Of a stretch of DNA of 64,000 nt, positions 59,220-64,000 are shown piece after piece. Position numbers and translations under genes: made by a program. The notes below the pieces were generated by a model. The model had not been told where the DNA came from. It saw only the letters and a list, made by a program, of their open reading frames with translations, and searched no databases. Source of the DNA: a virus; IMG/VR virus record IMGVR_UViG_3300030102_005172, positions 32,001 through 96,000 of that record; one strand, given 5' to 3'. Positions within the stretch are counted from its first letter, which is position 1, and the number at the start of each line of letters is the position of its first letter.

Positions 59220-62200
59220 TTAAGAAGAACCACTTGTATACATTAATACTACAAATTTTGTACTTCCACTTGTAAATGTTAATAATCCGTCTGTTGCCGA
59301 GTATGCGAATCCACCACTTCCACCTATTTCAGCGCCACCAATTAATGTTCCTAATGCATTTGCACCTTTTTGACCTTTACTTCCTTGACCACCTTGAGCA
59401 CCTGTTGCACCTTGAGCACCTTGTTCACCTGTTGGACTAGCACCTTGAGCACCTTGAGCACCTTGGTCACCTTTTGGACTGGCACCTTGAGCACCTTGAG
59501 CTCCTGTTGGACTTGCACCTTGAGCACCTTGTGGTCCTTGAGCACCTTGAGCACCTTGAGGACTTGCACCTTGAGCACCTGTTGCACCTTGAGCACCTTG
59601 TTCACCTTGTTCACCTGTTGGACTAGCACCTTGAGCACCTTGAGAACCTTTTGGTCCTTGAGCACCTTGAGCTCCTTGAGGACTTGAACCTTGAGCACCT
59701 TGAGGTCCTTGAGCACCTTGTGGTCCTTGAGCACCTTGAGCACCTTGAGGACTAGCACCTTGAGCACCTGTTACACCTTGAGCACCTTGTTCACCTTGTT
59801 CACCTGTTGGACTTGCTCCTTGAGCACCTTGAGGTCCTTGAGCACCTTGAGGTCCTTGAGCACCTTGAGGACTTGACCCTTGAGCACCTTGTGGTCCTTG
59901 AGCACCTTGATTACCTTGAGCACCTTGAGGACTAGCACCTTGAGCACCTTGTGAACCTTTAGGTCCTTGAGCACCTTGTTCACCTGTTGGACTAGCACCT
60001 TGAGCACCTTGAGGTCCTTGAGCACCTTGATTACCTTGAGCACCTTGAGGACTTGAACCTTGAGCACCTTGTTCACCTTGTTCACCTTTTGGTCCTTGAG
60101 CACCTTGAGGACTGGCACCTTGAGCACCTTGTGAACCTTTAGGTCCTTGAGCACCTTGTTCACCTGTTGGACTAGCACCTTGAGCACCTTGGACACCTTG
60201 AGCACCTTGAACACCCGTTGCACCTTGAGCACCTTGAGGACTTGAACCTTGAGCACCTTGTTCACCTTGTTCACCTTGAGCACCTTGAGCACCTTGAGGA
60301 CTGGCACCTTGAGCACCTTGAGAACCTTTTGGTCCTTGAGCACCCTGTTCACCTTGTGGACTTGCCCCTTGAGCACCTTGGAGACCTGTTGCACCTTGAG
60401 CACCCGTTGCACCTTGAGCACCTTGCGGACTTGCACCTTGAGCACCTTGTTCACCTTGTTCACCTTGAGCACCTTGAGCACCTTGTGGACTTGCTCCTTG
60501 AGCACCTTGAGAACCTTTTGGTCCTTGAGCACCTTGAGCACCTTGTGGACTTGCCCCTTGAGCACCTTGGAGACCTGTTGCACCTTGAGCACCCGTTGCA
60601 CCTTGAGCACCTTGAGGACTTGAACCTTGAGCACCTTGTTCACCTTGTTCACCTTGAGCACCTTGAGCACCTTGAGGACTGGCACCTTGAGCACCTTGAG
60701 AACCTTTTGGTCCTTGAGCACCTTGAGCTCCTTGAGGACTTGCACCTTGAGCACCTTGAGAACCTTTTGGTCCTTGAGCCCCTGTTGGACTTGCACCTTG
60801 AGCACCTTGAGAACCTTTAGGTCCTTGAGCACCTGAATCACCTTGAGCACCTTGAGCACCTTGAGCACCTGCAGCACCTTGAGCACCTGCACTACCTTGA
60901 GCACCTTGTAGACCTTGAGCACCAGTACCTTGGTCACCTTTAGGACCTTTTGCACCTTGTGCACCTGTATTACCTTTAGGTCCTTGAGCACCTTGTGGTC
61001 CTTGAGCACCCGTTGCTCCTTGAGCACCTTGAGGTCCTTGAGCACCTTGAGCACCTTGTGGACTTGAACCCGTTGCTCCTTGAGCACCTTGTGGTCCTTG
61101 AGCACCTTGATTACCTTTAGGTCCTTGAGCACCTTGAGCACCTGTTGTTCCTTGTGCACCTTGATTACCTTGAGCACCCGTTGCCCCTTGAGCACCAGCA
61201 CCTTGGTCACCTTTAGGACCTTTTGCACCTTGTGCACCTGTATTACCTTTAGGTCCTTGAGCACCTTGTGGTCCTTGCGCACCCGTTGCACCTTGAGCAC
61301 CTTGATTACCTTGTGGACCTTGAGCACCTTGTGGACTTGAACCTGCCGCTCCTTGAGCACCTTGAGGTCCTTGAGCACCTTGAGCACCTTGTGGACTTGA
61401 ACCTTGAGCACCTTGTGAACCTTTAGGTCCTTGAGCACCTTGAGCACCTTGTGGACTAGCACCTTGAGCACCTTGATTACCTTTTGGTCCTTGAGCACCT
61501 TGAGCACCTTGAGGTGATGACCCTGCAGGTCCTTGAGCACCTTGTGAACCTTTAGGTCCTTGAGCACCTTGAGGACTGGCACCTTGAGCACCTTGATTAC
61601 CTTTAGGTCCTTGAGCACCTTGAGCACCTTGTGGACTTGAACCTTGAGCACCTTGTGAACCTTTTGGTCCTTGAGCACCTTGAGCACCTGTTGTAGTTCC
61701 ACCTTGTGGACCTTGAGCACCTTGAGACCCTTTAGGTCCTTGAGCACCTTGAGGACTTGAACCTTGAGCACCTTGTGAACCTTTAGGTCCTTGAGCACCT
61801 TGAGGACTTGAACCTTGAGCACCTTGTGAACCTTTTGGACCTTGAGCACCTTGTGAACCTTTTGGACTTGAACCTTGAGCACCTTGTGAACCTTTTGGTC
61901 CTTGAGCACCTTGAGCACCTTGTGGACTTGAACCTTGAGCACCTTGTGAACCTTTTGGACCTTGAGCTCCTTGAGCACCTTGAGGACTTGCACCTTGAGC
62001 ACCTTGAGAACCTTTTGGACCTTGAGCACCTTGAGCACCTGTTGTAGTTCCACCTTGTGGGCCTTGAGCACCTTGTGCACCTTGAGAACCTTTTGGTCCT
62101 TGAGCACCTTGAGGTCCTTGAGAACCTTGTGTAGTTCCACCCGTTGCACCTTGAGCACCTTGAGAACCTTGTACACTTGCACCCGTTGCACCTTGAGCAC

Positions 62201-62774
62201 CTTGAGAACCTTTTGGTCCTGAACTACCCGATGAACCTTGAGCACCTGTTGGTCCTTTTGCACCTGTTGAACCTGGCGAACCACCGGCACCTTTTTGACC
62301 TTTTTGACCTTTTTGACCTTGTGGTCCTGTGTTATGTACTAATAACTCACCTATAAAATAATTGTGGTCAGGTTCTACCTCTATACTTATGAGTTCTATT
62401 GGTCCTTCTACATATTTTACTGAAGTGACCTTAATATCGTTGAAGAATAGTTTACCATCACACTTACAATCTTTATCTGCGCATGATGTATTACCGATTG
62501 GTGAAACCCATTCACCATCTTTGAATATTTTTATATCAACGGAAGTTTTTAATTCAGTTCCGTCTGAAAGTTTAAGTTCTAAATAGGAGTTTAGTTGTCG
62601 TGTAAATTTAGTTACAACCTTGTTGTACCTTACGACACCATTTTCAACATCATAACCTTTTATGTAGTCACCAACTTCAATATTTGACAAGTTAATTGGA
62701 ACACCTTGTCTTTTATTTACTCTTCCTTTGATGTCTACTAAGGTATCTTTATGTAATCCATGTATTAATTCCAT
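59220..62774 (-). CDS. Hint-domain + collagen-like fibre protein (GAQ/GPQ-rich)
   Basis: GLHKDTLV...IEVGD...[18 protein letters not shown]|TG (aa 6-148), then about 990 aa of Gly-X-Y with SPQ inserts. Confidence 0.9.
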   Translation of the reverse strand: MELIHGLHKDTLVDIKGRVNKRQGVPINLSNIEVGDYIKGYDVENGVVRYNKVVTKFTRQLNSYLELKLSDGTELKTSVDIKIFKDGEWVSPIGNTSCADKDCKCDGKLFFNDIKVTSVKYVEGPIELISIEVEPDHNYFIGELLVHNTGPQGQKGQKGQKGAGGSPGSTGAKGPTGAQGSSGSSGPKGSQGAQGATGASVQGSQGAQGATGGTTQGSQGPQGAQGPKGSQGAQGAQGPQGGTTTGAQGAQGPKGSQGAQGASPQGAQGAQGPKGSQGAQGSSPQGAQGAQGPKGSQGAQGSSPKGSQGAQGPKGSQGAQGSSPQGAQGPKGSQGAQGSSPQGAQGPKGSQGAQGPQGGTTTGAQGAQGPKGSQGAQGSSPQGAQGAQGPKGNQGAQGASPQGAQGPKGSQGAQGPAGSSPQGAQGAQGPKGNQGAQGASPQGAQGAQGPKGSQGAQGSSPQGAQGAQGPQGAQGAAGSSPQGAQGPQGNQGAQGATGAQGPQGAQGPKGNTGAQGAKGPKGDQGAGAQGATGAQGNQGAQGTTGAQGAQGPKGNQGAQGPQGAQGATGSSPQGAQGAQGPQGAQGATGAQGPQGAQGPKGNTGAQGAKGPKGDQGTGAQGLQGAQGSAGAQGAAGAQGAQGAQGDSGAQGPKGSQGAQGASPTGAQGPKGSQGAQGASPQGAQGAQGPKGSQGAQGASPQGAQGAQGEQGEQGAQGSSPQGAQGATGAQGATGLQGAQGASPQGAQGAQGPKGSQGAQGASPQGAQGAQGEQGEQGAQGASPQGAQGATGAQGATGLQGAQGASPQGEQGAQGPKGSQGAQGASPQGAQGAQGEQGEQGAQGSSPQGAQGATGVQGAQGVQGAQGASPTGEQGAQGPKGSQGAQGASPQGAQGPKGEQGEQGAQGSSPQGAQGNQGAQGPQGAQGASPTGEQGAQGPKGSQGAQGASPQGAQGNQGAQGPQGAQGSSPQGAQGPQGAQGPQGAQGASPTGEQGEQGAQGVTGAQGASPQGAQGAQGPQGAQGPQGAQGSSPQGAQGAQGPKGSQGAQGASPTGEQGEQGAQGATGAQGASPQGAQGAQGPQGAQGASPTGAQGAQGASPKGDQGAQGAQGASPTGEQGAQGATGAQGGQGSKGQKGANALGTLIGGAEIGGSGGFAYSATDGLLTFTSGSTKFVVLMYTSGSS
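59360..62327 (-). repeat. Collagen Gly-X-Y coding repeat dominated by accttgagc
   Basis: Long run of near-identical 9-nt units with periodic 6-nt inserts. Confidence 0.92.
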
Positions 62775-62784
62775 AATTTACCCC

Positions 62785-63621
62785 TTAACTAACAAAATCA
62801 AGTCTTAATATTATTGTAAAACCAAATCCTCGTGACCTTGTGGTTGCCATTCTATTAATAAATAAATTTAATCTATCATTAGCACTAAAACTATATGATG
62901 AACCAAAAGTATAAGTTGTTGGAACACCTGCCGTTGCTGAAATTGAACCACCTATTGCACTTCCTAAATTTCCAGATTGGTTTTTCCATGTTAGTTCAAC
63001 TTCACCACCCGTTGCAGATTGATGTGGACTTACAATTACTTTTTCTACATATCCATCTACGGGAACAACATATTGCCAATAACCAGTTTGAACATCACCA
63101 TCTATTTGGTTTATATTTGCAAATGGGATATAACCAGTTGTTTCAGCTGCTTTTAGTACCTCACCATTTGTATGTATTATTTGTTTTTCTTTTGTTGCGT
63201 CAATTAGACCAGTAATTTCAACACCACTACTCTGTACTCTTAATTTTGTACTACCACCTCGTCTAAGATGTACTTCATCACTAGCATTTAAAAGTAATTT
63301 AGTACCTGAAGTTGTAGATTCTATGTCAGAACTTGCTCCGAAGTTCACTTTCTTATCTGAAGATAGGTTTATTTCATCTGCAGTAGTGATATCACCACTA
63401 ACTTGTAAAGAACCTGTGACTTGAACACCAGTATTATTTGTTTTTAATCTTGTTGAACCGCCTGTTACAAGTACAATAGTATTACCTGCACTAAATCCAA
63501 ATTTAGTGTCTGTATCACCTAAGTGTTCAACATATTGTGGTATAAGTATTTCACCTGATGCGGTGATATCATTCAGTACGGCGTTACTGCCTGATGTAAT
63601 AAGTTTTTTCCAATTTGGCAT
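62785..63621 (-). CDS. Putative virion fibre/structural protein
   Basis: 278 aa, beta-rich; GDTDTKFGF..NTIVL.TGG..RL fibre-like repeats. Confidence 0.55.
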   Translation of the reverse strand: MPNWKKLITSGSNAVLNDITASGEILIPQYVEHLGDTDTKFGFSAGNTIVLVTGGSTRLKTNNTGVQVTGSLQVSGDITTADEINLSSDKKVNFGASSDIESTTSGTKLLLNASDEVHLRRGGSTKLRVQSSGVEITGLIDATKEKQIIHTNGEVLKAAETTGYIPFANINQIDGDVQTGYWQYVVPVDGYVEKVIVSPHQSATGGEVELTWKNQSGNLGSAIGGSISATAGVPTTYTFGSSYSFSANDRLNLFINRMATTRSRGFGFTIILRLDFVS

Positions 63622-63639
63622 ATCCTAATCCTCTTTGCG

Positions 63640-63681
63640 GTTGGTCACTCTAAAATGAGCCCACTTCCCTTTCGGGCCAAC
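63640..63681 (-). ncRNA. Candidate structured 5'-UTR element (three-way junction with GAAA tetraloop)
   Basis: GC-rich island GTTGG CCC-GAAA-GGG AAGTGG GCTC-ATTTTA-GAGT GA CCAAC between a late-like motif and the start codon. Confidence 0.45.
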
Positions 63682-63736
63682 AACCAGGTTTTACTTTAAT
63701 TCCTATGTATATAAGTATTAAGAAAAAAAGAAAGAA

Positions 63737-63928
63737 TTATCCTTTTATTAAAGTATCACCTTTTTTTGGTCTTCCTCGTTTCGGAGTTTTAAGAAAATCT
63801 ATCTCCATTTGAATTTTTTGTTGAAGATTTACCATCATTTGTGCTTCAGCACCTGTAATTGGTAATTTATTTAGAGCGATTTGAATAACTTTCAAATCTT
63901 GTCCATCTAATCCTTTGTATTCTACCAT
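63737..63928 (-). CDS. Small hypothetical protein
   Basis: 63-aa ORF. Confidence 0.55.
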   Translation of the reverse strand: MVEYKGLDGQDLKVIQIALNKLPITGAEAQMMVNLQQKIQMEIDFLKTPKRGRPKKGDTLIKG

Positions 63929-63930
63929 AA

Positions 63931-64000
63931 CTATTTTAATTTATCGTGTTCGTTTTGTAATTTTACTGCTAATTTATAGATTCTTTCAATGTCTCTTCCT
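63931..64000 (-). CDS. 3' end of a hypothetical protein (starts beyond the window)
   Basis: ...GRDIERIYKLAVKLQNEHDKLK* ending in TAG at 63931-63933. Confidence 0.4.
   Translation of the reverse strand, partial: GRDIERIYKLAVKLQNEHDKLK

Noticed and set aside
55217-62356. Long alternative-frame and antisense ORFs (VLKVLK..., HLEHLE..., STLSTL...), including an 839-aa one
   Set aside because: They are shadows of the stop-poor 9-nt collagen repeat. They have no independent starts or domain content.
1-64000. Giant eukaryotic virus or eukaryotic origin, suggested by collagen, a PLOD-like enzyme and an RFC-like loader
   Set aside because: Sheath, tube, neck, tape measure and baseplate genes, bacterial promoters and operon packing show a tailed bacteriophage.
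1-64000. Stop-codon reassignment
   Set aside because: Genes are intact and densely packed under the standard code, and TAG and TGA both end genes (for example at 54453 and 2914).
1-64000. tRNA or rRNA genes
   Set aside because: Intergenic gaps are short and I saw no cloverleaf or T-loop signature. A tRNAscan run would confirm.

Overview
A 64-kb segment of a large, AT-rich, T4-like contractile-tailed dsDNA phage. All credible genes lie on the minus strand. In transcription order (right to left) the window holds five modules. (1) Virion fibre genes, including two very long collagen-like (Gly-X-Y) proteins that each begin with an intein-like Hint domain. (2) An adjacent trio of modifying enzymes: a 2OG-Fe(II) oxygenase, a GT2, and a GT4 fused to a domain that closely resembles the lysyl-hydroxylase domain of animal PLOD/LH enzymes. 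(3) Neck, sheath, tube, tail chaperone (with a probable programmed frameshift), tape measure and baseplate genes. (4) A replication and nucleotide module: PolA-like protein, SSB, RecA/UvsX, 5'-3' exonuclease, DnaB-like helicase, NrdAB, thioredoxin, PolB, clamp and clamp loader, Cas4-like nuclease, two tandem Mom-like DNA-modifying enzymes and a DUF4338 protein. (5) A sugar and glycosyltransferase cluster with an aldolase-KdsB fusion. Eight TTTG-N19/20-TAnnTTwr promoters point to a Bacteroidota host. The best candidate for an undescribed system is a phage 'procollagen' pathway: self-cleaving Hint-collagen fibres plus dedicated lysyl hydroxylation and glycosylation enzymes. All family calls come from motifs recognised by eye; no database searches were run.
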